Positions 43,255 through 51,357 of a stretch of DNA of 53,436 bases are shown piece after piece; position 1 is the stretch's first letter; every line of letters begins with the position of its first letter. Made by a program: the position numbers and the translations under genes. This stretch comes from Dehalococcoidia bacterium. Its GTDB lineage: Bacteria; Chloroflexota; Dehalococcoidia; UBA2979. Location of the stretch: positions 1-53,436 of the forward strand of contig DAOULE010000210.1 in NCBI GenBank assembly GCA_034420575.1. The letters run 5' to 3'. The notes below the pieces were generated by a model. It searched no databases and was not told where the DNA came from. It saw nothing but the letters and a program-made list of their open reading frames with translations.

Positions 43255-45846
43255 GTGGCGACCATGACGCTCAACGGCGCCGAGATCGAGGTCGAGGCGG
43301 GCCGTCCACTCGTCGAGGTGATCAAGGAGCAGGGCGTTCGCATCACGAACCTCTGCTACATCGACGGCCTCGAGCCGTACGCCGGCTGCCGCACCTGCAT
43401 TGTCGAGATCGAGGGCGGGCGACCGGGCCCGCTACAGCTCTCGTGCACGGCCGTCGTGAGCGACGGCATGGTCGTCAACACCGAGAAGCCCGAGGTGAAG
43501 CGCGCGCGCCAGCAGGTGATGTCGCTGATCATGGCGAATCACCCCGACCGCTGCCTCACCTGCCACCGCCGCGTCCACTGCCAGCCGGGCGAGATCTGCC
43601 TCCGCGACGACGTGGTCACGCACCGCTGCCTGACGTGTAGCAAGAACTACCGCTGCGAGCTCCAGACCTCGACCGAGCTGATCGACATGGGTGAGTTCGA
43701 GGAGCCGTGGGTCGGCGAGGAGCGCTCGTACTACGAGGCCCCGCCGCCGGAGCCCGACCGGGCCAACCCGTTCCTCGAGTTCGACCCGCAGATGTGCATC
43801 ATCTGCACGCGCTGCGTGCGCGCCTGCGCCGACCTCCGCCACACCGGTGCGATCAGCCTCTCGGGCAAGGGCCCGACGACGATGATCGCCTTCGGCACCG
43901 GCGGCGCCATCCACGAGTCCAACTGCGACTTCTGCGGCGCCTGCATCGACGTCTGCCCGACGGCGACGCTGATGGAGAAGCCCAACAAGTGGGTCGCGCT
44001 CGCCGATGAGTGGACGAACTCTGCGTGCAACGGCTGCTCGGTCGGCTGCACCATCTCCTACGGCACGCGCGACGGCCGACCGGTCATCGTGCGGCCGGAC
44101 CGCATCAACCCCACCAGCCGCGACCAGATCTGTGTGCGCGGCCGCTTCCACTACGACGCCGTCACCGACGGCCAGCGGCTCAGCCGCTCGCTCGCCCGCC
44201 GTGGCGACCGCCTGCTCCCCGTCTCGCCCGAGGAGGCGATGGACGAGGCCGCGAGGGCGCTTGCAGCCGTCAAGACGGAGCACGGCGCGGACGCCGTCGC
44301 CGTGCTCGGCTCGCCGCTTGCGACGAACGAGGAAGCCGCGCTGCTGACCCGCCTCGCGCGCGAGGTCATCGGCACGCCTCACCTCGACCACGTCGGCGGG
44401 CCACTCCACCGCGCCGTCGCAGGGGTCTTCGCCGACGCGCTCGGCTCCGACCGCCTCGTGTCGACCTACGCCGACATTGAGCACGCCGACACGATCGTCG
44501 TGGTGGGCGGCGACATCGAGGAGTCACACCAGGTCATCTCCCTGCGGGTCAAGGACGCCGTCGTGAAGCGCGGAGCGAAGCTCGTGCTCGTCTCCTCGCG
44601 CTGGGGCGAGCTCGTCGACTTCGCCGAGGTCTGGCTGCAGCCGGCCCCCGGCCACGAGGCGCTCGCCGTGCAGCAGCTCGCGCACGGCCTCGACGCCGGC
44701 GCGGGCGAGGCCGCCGCCCCCGAGGGCGTCGACGCCGACGCCATGGCGCGTGCCTGTGCGCTCCTTGAGGACCGCAAGCCCGAGCCGCCGTCTGACGACA
44801 ACGGCGCGAGCGAGGATCGCCCCACGTTCGCGGTCGTCTTCGCGCCCGACCCGTTCAGCGTCGAGCCCGCTGCGCAGCAGGCGCGGGCGAGCGCGAACCT
44901 CGCCATCGCCGCCCTCGGCGACCGCGCGGGGATGGGGCTGCACTACCTGCCGACCGACGGGAACACGCTCGGCCTCGCCGACATGGGCGTCGAGCCCGGC
45001 GACGGCGGCCGCTCGTTCCACGAGATCATCGAGGCCGCACGCGACGGCTCGATCCGCGCGCTGCTCATCCACGACGACAACCCGCTGCTGAGCACACCCG
45101 GCACCGCCGACGTGCGCGCCGCCCTCGAGGCCGTCGACGCGCTGGTCGTGATCGACTCGGTGCGCTCGACGGCGGCGGAGCACGCCGGCGTCGTGCTCGC
45201 CGAGCTGCCGTTCTTCGCGAAGAACGGCACCATCACCTCCGGCGACCGCCGCATCACCCGCCAGCGCCCCGCGGCCGAGCCGAGGCGCGATGAGCGCGAG
45301 GGCGTCGCGATCCTCGTCGCCCTCGCGAATGCGCTCGGCGGCGACTTCGCGTACGGGAGCGCAGCGGAGGTGATGGCGGAGGTCGCCGAGCGGGCCGAGG
45401 GCTACACCCAGTACGAGGGCCTGCTCCCGTCGCGGACGCGCGTGCTCGGCGAGACGCCGGCGGGCGGCACGCGGTACCAGCCGGTCGTGGCGTCGGCGAA
45501 CGGTGCCGGCGACGGGCTGCGGCTCATCACCGGCCGCTCGCTCTACACCTCGTGGGAGGCCTCCTCGATCCACTCGGAGGACGCGGACAAGCTGCACCGC
45601 GAGGAGGACGCGCTGATCAACCCGCGCGACGCCGAGCCGCTCGGCATCCGCATGGGCGACGACCTCGTGCTCGCCGCCGGCGCCGCCGAGGTGCGCATCA
45701 CGGCCCGGCTCGACGACGGCGTGGCGCCCGGCACCGTCTACGTACCGGCCTGGTACGACGGCGGCGCGGTCATGGCGCTGTTCCCGCTCGGCGGAACCGC
45801 CGACGGCGCGGCCGCCGTGCAGGTGCGCGCGCTCCAGCCGGCGTAG
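43255..45846 (+). CDS. nuoG: NADH dehydrogenase subunit G-like / molybdopterin-oxidoreductase-family Fe-S protein
   Basis: 863 aa. The N-terminal 2Fe-2S region has CYIDGLEPYAGCRTCIV, followed by His(Cys)3 motifs, CIICTRCVRAC, CDFCGACIDVCP and CNGCSVGCT. A molybdopterin-type body follows, with a C-terminal MopB-like barrel. Confidence 0.85.
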   Translation: MATMTLNGAEIEVEAGRPLVEVIKEQGVRITNLCYIDGLEPYAGCRTCIVEIEGGRPGPLQLSCTAVVSDGMVVNTEKPEVKRARQQVMSLIMANHPDRCLTCHRRVHCQPGEICLRDDVVTHRCLTCSKNYRCELQTSTELIDMGEFEEPWVGEERSYYEAPPPEPDRANPFLEFDPQMCIICTRCVRACADLRHTGAISLSGKGPTTMIAFGTGGAIHESNCDFCGACIDVCPTATLMEKPNKWVALADEWTNSACNGCSVGCTISYGTRDGRPVIVRPDRINPTSRDQICVRGRFHYDAVTDGQRLSRSLARRGDRLLPVSPEEAMDEAARALAAVKTEHGADAVAVLGSPLATNEEAALLTRLAREVIGTPHLDHVGGPLHRAVAGVFADALGSDRLVSTYADIEHADTIVVVGGDIEESHQVISLRVKDAVVKRGAKLVLVSSRWGELVDFAEVWLQPAPGHEALAVQQLAHGLDAGAGEAAAPEGVDADAMARACALLEDRKPEPPSDDNGASEDRPTFAVVFAPDPFSVEPAAQQARASANLAIAALGDRAGMGLHYLPTDGNTLGLADMGVEPGDGGRSFHEIIEAARDGSIRALLIHDDNPLLSTPGTADVRAALEAVDALVVIDSVRSTAAEHAGVVLAELPFFAKNGTITSGDRRITRQRPAAEPRRDEREGVAILVALANALGGDFAYGSAAEVMAEVAERAEGYTQYEGLLPSRTRVLGETPAGGTRYQPVVASANGAGDGLRLITGRSLYTSWEASSIHSEDADKLHREEDALINPRDAEPLGIRMGDDLVLAAGAAEVRITARLDDGVAPGTVYVPAWYDGGAVMALFPLGGTADGAAAVQVRALQPA

Positions 45847-45875
45847 CTCCGCGGGGCGGACGCGCCCGGACGACC

Positions 45876-46271
45876 GTGACCCTCGAAGCCGATCCCGCCC
45901 CCGACAGCGAGCCCTCGGCCCGAGGCCTCGTCCTGCTCACCGCGCAGCGCGACGGTGACCTCGCCGGCGAGTGGCTCGACGCGCTGCTGGACGCTGGCAT
46001 CGATGCCGAGCTGCACATCGAGGACGCGGCGCGCTTCAACCTGACGTCGACGGCGTACCCGGTGGGCGTGCCGTTCGTCTACGCGATCTTCGTCCCTCGC
46101 GCCGAACGTGACCTCGCGGCGGACACGCTCATCGACCTCGGCTGGGACGGCCGTGGCGCGCCGCGCGCGAGCGCGATGCGGGCCTCCGGTCGCCACCTCC
46201 GCAACGTGCTCATCGTCGCCGGCCTGAGTCTCGCCCTCGTGGCGGTGGTGATCGTCGTGCGAGGTGTGTAG
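45876..46271 (+). CDS. hypothetical protein with C-terminal TM anchor
   Basis: The tail of ORF 45552..46271, starting at GTG 45876. The C-terminus reads NVLIVAGLSLALVAVVIVV. I recognise no family with confidence. Confidence 0.5.
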   Translation: MTLEADPAPDSEPSARGLVLLTAQRDGDLAGEWLDALLDAGIDAELHIEDAARFNLTSTAYPVGVPFVYAIFVPRAERDLAADTLIDLGWDGRGAPRASAMRASGRHLRNVLIVAGLSLALVAVVIVVRGV

Positions 46272-46294
46272 CGGGCATCGCTATCACCTCTGGG

Positions 46295-46342
46295 TTGAAA
46301 TCCACACTGGTCGTCGGTAAACTTTCACCCGAAGGGTGAAAG
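46295..46342 (+). promoter_or_regulatory. candidate higBA promoter TTGAAA-17-TAAACT fused to a perfect 9-bp inverted repeat CTTTCACCC-gaa-GGGTGAAAG covering the higB GTG
   Basis: The -35 is at 46295-46300 and the -10 at 46318-46323. The palindrome spans 46322-46342, and the GTG start is at 46336. Confidence 0.5.
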
Positions 46343-46641
46343 CGTTGGAAGTACGGTTTCGGAACCGCCAACTCCAACGCTGCTTTGAACGCGAGTCGCT
46401 GGCGATCCGGCGTTGGGGTACCGATGTCGGACCTCGCTACGTCGAGCGCGTCAACTTCATCCACGGATTGGAGGTATGGGACGACCTCTTCCGGTTCCAG
46501 TTCCTGGCCTTCCATCCGCTGCATCACGACCGGGAAGGACAGTTCGCCGCGAAGCTGACGGGCAGGTGGCGGCTGATCGTGGAGCCCGGCGACGACGAGC
46601 GGACGCTCTGGGTCGTCGGGGTGGAGGACTACCATGGCTAG
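46336..46641 (+). CDS. higB: HigB-type (RelE/ParE superfamily) toxin
   Basis: 101 aa: ...FHPLHHDREGQFAAKLTGRWRLIVEPGDDERTLWVVGVEDYHG, the plasmid-maintenance killer pattern. It overlaps the next gene by 8 nt. Confidence 0.8.
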   Translation: MKALEVRFRNRQLQRCFERESLAIRRWGTDVGPRYVERVNFIHGLEVWDDLFRFQFLAFHPLHHDREGQFAAKLTGRWRLIVEPGDDERTLWVVGVEDYHG

Positions 46642-47698
46642 CGTGCCTGACCGCGCGATCCACCCGGGGATCTACCTCGGTGAGGAGATCGAGGCGCATG
46701 GCATGACCCAGACTGAACTCGCGCGACGCATGGAGCGTCCGGTCCAGGTCATCAATGAGGTGATCCGTGGGCACAAGGCTATCTCCAACGAGACCGCGCT
46801 CGGGCTGGAACGCGTACTCGGTACGCCTGCACGCGTATGGATGAATCTCCAGTCTATGTATGAACTCACGCGAGCGCGTCTCGATGAGGAGACAGAACTC
46901 GAGTCGCAGGCGGAATGGCTGGATCGATTCCCAGTCAAAGAAATGACCCGGCGCGGCTGGATCGAGCCGGGAGAGTCGATCGCCGACCAGGTCAGAGCGG
47001 TGCTCCAGTTCTTCGGACGACAGTCCTTCGCCGACTGGGGGGGCCGTCAGGAGGCACTCGCCTTCCGCCTCTCTCCCAAGGCGAAGACGGATGAGTTCGC
47101 GCTGCACGCGTGGGTACGGGGGGGCGAGATCGAGGGGCGCGCCGTGCACACCGAACCCTACGACGAAGCTCGGTTCCGCAACGCACTCGGTGAGATCCGT
47201 GGACTGACTGAGGCCGCGGACTTCTGGGGGAGAATGAAGGCCCTCTGCGCTTCAGCTGGTGTGGCGCTCCTCGCCGTCGAGGAGTTCCCGAAGACAGGCG
47301 CTCAGGGTGTCGCGCGTTGGCTCACACCGGAACGCGCCCTGATCCAGATCAATCTGCGCTACCGATGGGCAGACATCTTCTGGTTCACGTTCTTCCACGA
47401 GGCCTGCCACGTTCTGAAGCACCCTCGGAGAGACCTCTTCATCGATGCGCGCAGCATGGCGCGGGACGAACGCGAAGCCGAGGCGGATCAGTTCGCAGCC
47501 GACTTTCTGATTCCGCCCGCTGCCTGGGAGCCCTTCGCCGATCAGGCGCCGCACAGCGGCCAGAAGGTGCGCGCATTCTCCTCACAGGTGGGCGTGGCGC
47601 CCGGAGTTGTCGTCGGCCGTCTTCAGCACGAGAAGCTGCTCAAGCACAATCAACTCAACGGCCTCCGCCAGCGGCTCCAGTACGACAGTGAGGGCTAA
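46634..47698 (+). CDS. higA: HigA-type XRE-HTH antitoxin fused to an ImmA/IrrE (COG2856, M78-like) HExxH metallopeptidase domain
   Basis: 354 aa. The N-terminus reads IHPGIYLGEEIEAHGMTQTELARRMERPVQVINEVIRGHKAISNETALGLERVLG. The C-terminal half has FFHEACHVLKH (HExxH at 47396-47410) and EAEADQFAADFLIP. Confidence 0.75.
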   Translation: MASVPDRAIHPGIYLGEEIEAHGMTQTELARRMERPVQVINEVIRGHKAISNETALGLERVLGTPARVWMNLQSMYELTRARLDEETELESQAEWLDRFPVKEMTRRGWIEPGESIADQVRAVLQFFGRQSFADWGGRQEALAFRLSPKAKTDEFALHAWVRGGEIEGRAVHTEPYDEARFRNALGEIRGLTEAADFWGRMKALCASAGVALLAVEEFPKTGAQGVARWLTPERALIQINLRYRWADIFWFTFFHEACHVLKHPRRDLFIDARSMARDEREAEADQFAADFLIPPAAWEPFADQAPHSGQKVRAFSSQVGVAPGVVVGRLQHEKLLKHNQLNGLRQRLQYDSEG

Positions 47699-48342
47699 CC
47701 CCCCAACAGCATCCCCACCACCCCATCGAGGTCCGTGAGGTCCCCGAGCAGGGCATCCGGCTCGTGGCGCGCGAGGTCGTCGAGGCTGGTCCAGCCTGTC
47801 GCGACGGCCAGCACGAACGCGCCGAGGGCCCGGCCGCCCGTGATGTCGTGCTCCGTGTCGCCGATCACCGCGAGGCGGTCGCCCTCGCGCCACCCGATCT
47901 CGCGTGCGCCGTCGCGGAGCATGCCGACGCGGTCGAGGTGGTCGTCGCCGAAGCCCCCGCCCGCGAAGGAGCCATCGAGGCCGATCGAGGCGAGCTTCAG
48001 GAACGCGGCGCGGCGGAGGTTGCCCGTGCCTAGCCCGAGCACCACGTCGTCGCGCGCGGCGAGCGCATCGATGAGCTCAGGGACGCCGGGCAGCGCCCGC
48101 GGGTCCCGCTCCGCGAGCTCCTGCTCGACGATCTCGTAGTAGCGGGGCAGCAGCCTGCCGCGGTCGACGTCGAGGCCGGTCCGGCGCGTCACCTCGTCGA
48201 GGATCCAGCGGTCGGTGCGGCCCCGGAAATCGATGCCGTCCATCGCGCCGTCGAGACCCGCGACCTCGGCGAAGGCGCGGTTGAGTGCGCCACGACCCGC
48301 CCCGTCGGAGTCGAGGAGCGTGCCGTCGATGTCGAAGAGGAG
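47695..48342 (-). CDS. HAD-superfamily hydrolase (phosphoglycolate phosphatase-like); start codon unresolved
   Basis: Motif I LLFDIDGTLLDS is present, with later GLGTGN and VIGDTEHDI. The frame is the tail of ORF 47695..48606, but there is no ATG/GTG/TTG between the rhodanese stop and the DxD motif. Confidence 0.7.
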   Translation of the reverse strand, partial: LLFDIDGTLLDSDGAGRGALNRAFAEVAGLDGAMDGIDFRGRTDRWILDEVTRRTGLDVDRGRLLPRYYEIVEQELAERDPRALPGVPELIDALAARDDVVLGLGTGNLRRAAFLKLASIGLDGSFAGGGFGDDHLDRVGMLRDGAREIGWREGDRLAVIGDTEHDITGGRALGAFVLAVATGWTSLDDLARHEPDALLGDLTDLDGVVGMLLGG

Positions 48343-48355
48343 GTAGGCGGGCGCG

Positions 48356-48691
48356 CTACGTCTCCATCGGGTAGCCGGCCTCGGCCCAGTCGTCGTGGCC
48401 GCCCTCGACGTTGTAGAGGTCGGTGAGGCCCATGGTGGCCGCGAACTCGGCGGCCACCGCGGAGCGCTGGCCGGACTTGCAGATGAAGAGGATGGGACGG
48501 TCGGTGGCGAGGTCACCGGCACGCACGAGCGTCGCCATGTGCGGGATGTTGAGCGAGCCCGGCACATGGCCGTCGGCGTGCTCGTGCATCTCGCGCGAGT
48601 CGACAACCTGCACGTCGCCGTTGTCGATCATCTCCTTGGCCTCATGCACGTCGATACGCGTGAAGGGCTCCATCTCGTTCTTGACCGCCAT
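48356..48691 (-). CDS. rhodanese-domain sulfurtransferase (single domain)
   Basis: 111 aa with GHVPGSLNIP and the active-site loop ICKSGQRS. Confidence 0.85.
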   Translation of the reverse strand: MAVKNEMEPFTRIDVHEAKEMIDNGDVQVVDSREMHEHADGHVPGSLNIPHMATLVRAGDLATDRPILFICKSGQRSAVAAEFAATMGLTDLYNVEGGHDDWAEAGYPMET

Positions 48692-48763
48692 CGGGCTATC
48701 CTCTCGACGACGGGCTCCCGATCATGTCCGGGAGCCCGGGGGCGGGTGCTGCGAGGTCGCCGG

Positions 48764-49435
48764 GTGAGTGTATCAAAGCCCCGCGCCGACTCCCCGCCCG
48801 AGCCCGTCGCGCTCGGCATCGACCTGCGCAGCGGTCCCCGTTACCCGACGGGCCTCGCCGTGCTCGGCGGCGACCGGCGGCTGCGGCTCCTCGAGACGGT
48901 GCGCACGGACGAGGAGATCGAGGACGCCGTGCGGCGCTTCGCGCCAGTGATCGTGGCGATCGACGCGCCCCTCGCGCTGCCCGAGGGCCGGTGCTGCGCC
49001 GACCCGGCCTGCGAGTGCGCGCGCCACGGCATCATGCGCGAGGTCGACCGGCTGTGCGCCGCGATGGGCTACCGGCCCTACCCCACCCTCATCCCCTCGA
49101 TGGTCGGGCTCACGCTGCGCGGCATCGCGCTCGGCGAGCGGCTGCGGGCGCGCGGCCTGCCGGTCGTCGAGGTGTACCCGGGCATGGCGCAGGACATCCT
49201 CGGCATCCCTCGCAAGCGGGACCGCGACGGGCTGCGGCGCGGCCTGCGCCGCGTTGGGGTGCGCGGCATCCCGCGCAAGCGCCGTCCGACCCACGACGAG
49301 CTCGACGCTGCCACGGCGGCGCTGGTCGGCGTGCTGCACCTCGAGGGCGGCACGCGGATGGTCAACCCCGGCGACGTCTCACCCCTCGTCGCGCCGTTCT
49401 CGCCGGAGGGCGCCTCTCCTTCACCTGTAGTGTGA
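48764..49435 (+). CDS. DUF429 family protein (predicted RNase H-fold nuclease)
   Basis: The tail of ORF 48395..49435, starting at GTG 48764. It has VALGIDLRSGPRYPTGLAVL...VIVAIDAPLALP...HDELDAATAALVG. Confidence 0.6.
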   Translation: MSVSKPRADSPPEPVALGIDLRSGPRYPTGLAVLGGDRRLRLLETVRTDEEIEDAVRRFAPVIVAIDAPLALPEGRCCADPACECARHGIMREVDRLCAAMGYRPYPTLIPSMVGLTLRGIALGERLRARGLPVVEVYPGMAQDILGIPRKRDRDGLRRGLRRVGVRGIPRKRRPTHDELDAATAALVGVLHLEGGTRMVNPGDVSPLVAPFSPEGASPSPVV

Positions 49436-49457
49436 TCGGGCGCGGTACAATCGCCGC

Positions 49458-50453
49458 GTGCCGACCGTTGATCGCGACCGCCTCGCCCGGGTCTTCGTCA
49501 CGCGAGCGCTGCCCGGCAGCGCCCCCCTGGAGCGCCTGCGCGCCGCGACATCTCCCGATGTCTGGGAGCTGGACCGCCCGCCGACCTACGAGGAGGTCGT
49601 GGAGCGCGCGGCGGACTGCGACGGGCTGCTGACGATGCTCACGGAACGCGTCGACGCCACGCTGCTCGACTTGCGGCCCGGCGTGCGCGTCGTCGCGAAC
49701 ATGGCCGTCGGCTACGACAACGTCGACGTCGAGGCGGCGACCGGGCGCGGCGTGCTCGTCACCAACACGCCGGGCGTCCTCACCGAGACCACGGCCGACC
49801 TCGCCTTCGCGCTGCTGCTCGCCGCCGCCCGCCGCCTCGCGGAGGGTGAGCGCGCGGTCCGCGAGGGGGCGTGGGGGCCCTGGCACCCGACGTGGATGCT
49901 CGGCAGCGCCGTGCACGGCGCGACGCTCGGCATCGTCGGGCCGGGGCGCATCGGCGCCGCCGTCGCGCGGCGCGCGCAGGGGTTCGGGATGCGCGTGCTC
50001 TACCACGGCCGACGCCGCGCGCGGGGCTTCCCCGGCGCGAGCGTGGACCTGGACACCCTGCTCACCACGTCCGACTTCGTCTCGGTGCACGTCCCGCTCA
50101 ACGCGGAGACCGAGGGCATGTTCGGGGCCGAGGTCTTCGCGCGGATGCAGCCGCATGCCATCCTCGTGAACACTTCGCGGGGCGGCGTGGTCGACCAGAG
50201 CGCGCTGCGGGACGCGCTCGTGCGCGGGGAAATCGGCGGCGCGGCGCTCGACGTGACCACGCCGGAGCCGCTGCCGCCCGACGACCCGCTGCTCGACGCG
50301 CCGAACCTGCTCGTCACGCCGCACATGGGCAGCGCCACCGGCCCCACGCGTGAGCGCATGGCGGACCTCGCCGTCGACGGGCTGCTCGCCTCGCTCGCCG
50401 GCGAGCAGCCGGAGCACCTCGTGAATCCCGAGGCGTGGGAGCGGCGGCGATGA
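49458..50453 (+). CDS. D-isomer-specific 2-hydroxyacid dehydrogenase (glyoxylate/hydroxypyruvate reductase-like)
   Basis: 331 aa: LGIVGPGRIGAAVARR, VSVHVPL, NTSRGGVVD, ALDVTTPEP and TPHMGSAT. Confidence 0.88.
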   Translation: MPTVDRDRLARVFVTRALPGSAPLERLRAATSPDVWELDRPPTYEEVVERAADCDGLLTMLTERVDATLLDLRPGVRVVANMAVGYDNVDVEAATGRGVLVTNTPGVLTETTADLAFALLLAAARRLAEGERAVREGAWGPWHPTWMLGSAVHGATLGIVGPGRIGAAVARRAQGFGMRVLYHGRRRARGFPGASVDLDTLLTTSDFVSVHVPLNAETEGMFGAEVFARMQPHAILVNTSRGGVVDQSALRDALVRGEIGGAALDVTTPEPLPPDDPLLDAPNLLVTPHMGSATGPTRERMADLAVDGLLASLAGEQPEHLVNPEAWERRR

Positions 50454-51142
50454 CGCGCGAACCGGACGCGCAGGGCGCGCAGGGGCGGCTGTGGATGGCC
50501 GAACTGCTGTGGCGGCTCGGCAGCGTCCAGTTCGGCGAGTTCTCGCTCGGGCGCACCGTGCGCAACTCGCCCGTCTACATCAACCCCAAGCTCGTGATCT
50601 CGCGCCCCGAGGAGCTCGCGCGCGTCGTCCAGGTCATGGACGAGGAGCTGCGACTCGGCATGTCGCTGCGCAACCCGCACGTGCAGCGCTTCGACCTCAT
50701 CGCGGGCGTGCCGATCGGCGGCCTCCACATCGCGACCGCGCTCTCGCTGCAGATGCGCGTCCCGCTTGTCTACGTCCGCCCGCCGTCCCCGCTCGACGAT
50801 CCGGGGTCGGCACAGCGCGTGCAGATCGAGGGCGCATACCGCCCGGGACAGACAGCGCTGATCGTCGACGACCTCGCGGCGGGCGGCGGGTCGCTCGTCG
50901 ATACGGTGACGCGGCTGCGCAGCGCGGGCGTCATGGTGCGCGACGCGATGGTGCTCGTGGACCGGCAGCAAGGCGCGGCGGGACGCCTCGAGGGACTCGG
51001 GGTGCGGCTGCACTCGGCGCTCACGCTGGAGGTGCTGCTCAACCACCTGCAGGGCCGTGGCCGCATCTCGCACGAAGACTACCGCAGCGCCATCGAGTAC
51101 CTGCACCGCGTCGGCGACCTGCGCTCGGAGTTCGACGGCTAG
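50450..51142 (+). CDS. pyrE: orotate phosphoribosyltransferase
   Basis: ORF 50435..51142. ATG 50450 overlaps the upstream stop (ATGA). It has VQFGEFSLGRTVRNSPVYINPKLVISRP and the PRPP loop ALIVDDLAAGGGS. Confidence 0.75.
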   Translation: MTREPDAQGAQGRLWMAELLWRLGSVQFGEFSLGRTVRNSPVYINPKLVISRPEELARVVQVMDEELRLGMSLRNPHVQRFDLIAGVPIGGLHIATALSLQMRVPLVYVRPPSPLDDPGSAQRVQIEGAYRPGQTALIVDDLAAGGGSLVDTVTRLRSAGVMVRDAMVLVDRQQGAAGRLEGLGVRLHSALTLEVLLNHLQGRGRISHEDYRSAIEYLHRVGDLRSEFDG

Positions 51143-51357
51143 GCTGCGTCCCTACGCGGCGCGGCCCGGTACACGACGAAGCCCTCGCCGGCGTCCTCGA
51201 ACCGCGCATCCGCGGGGTACGAGAGCACCGCCCGCGCGGTGAGCGCGTCGCCGGCCGCGCCGGCGAGCCCGGCGACGCGCCTTGGACGCGCAGAGGCGGC
51301 GGCCGCTCGAAGCGCCCGCCGCCCCGTCTCGAAGGTCCGGTTGGTTCTCGTGCCGGG

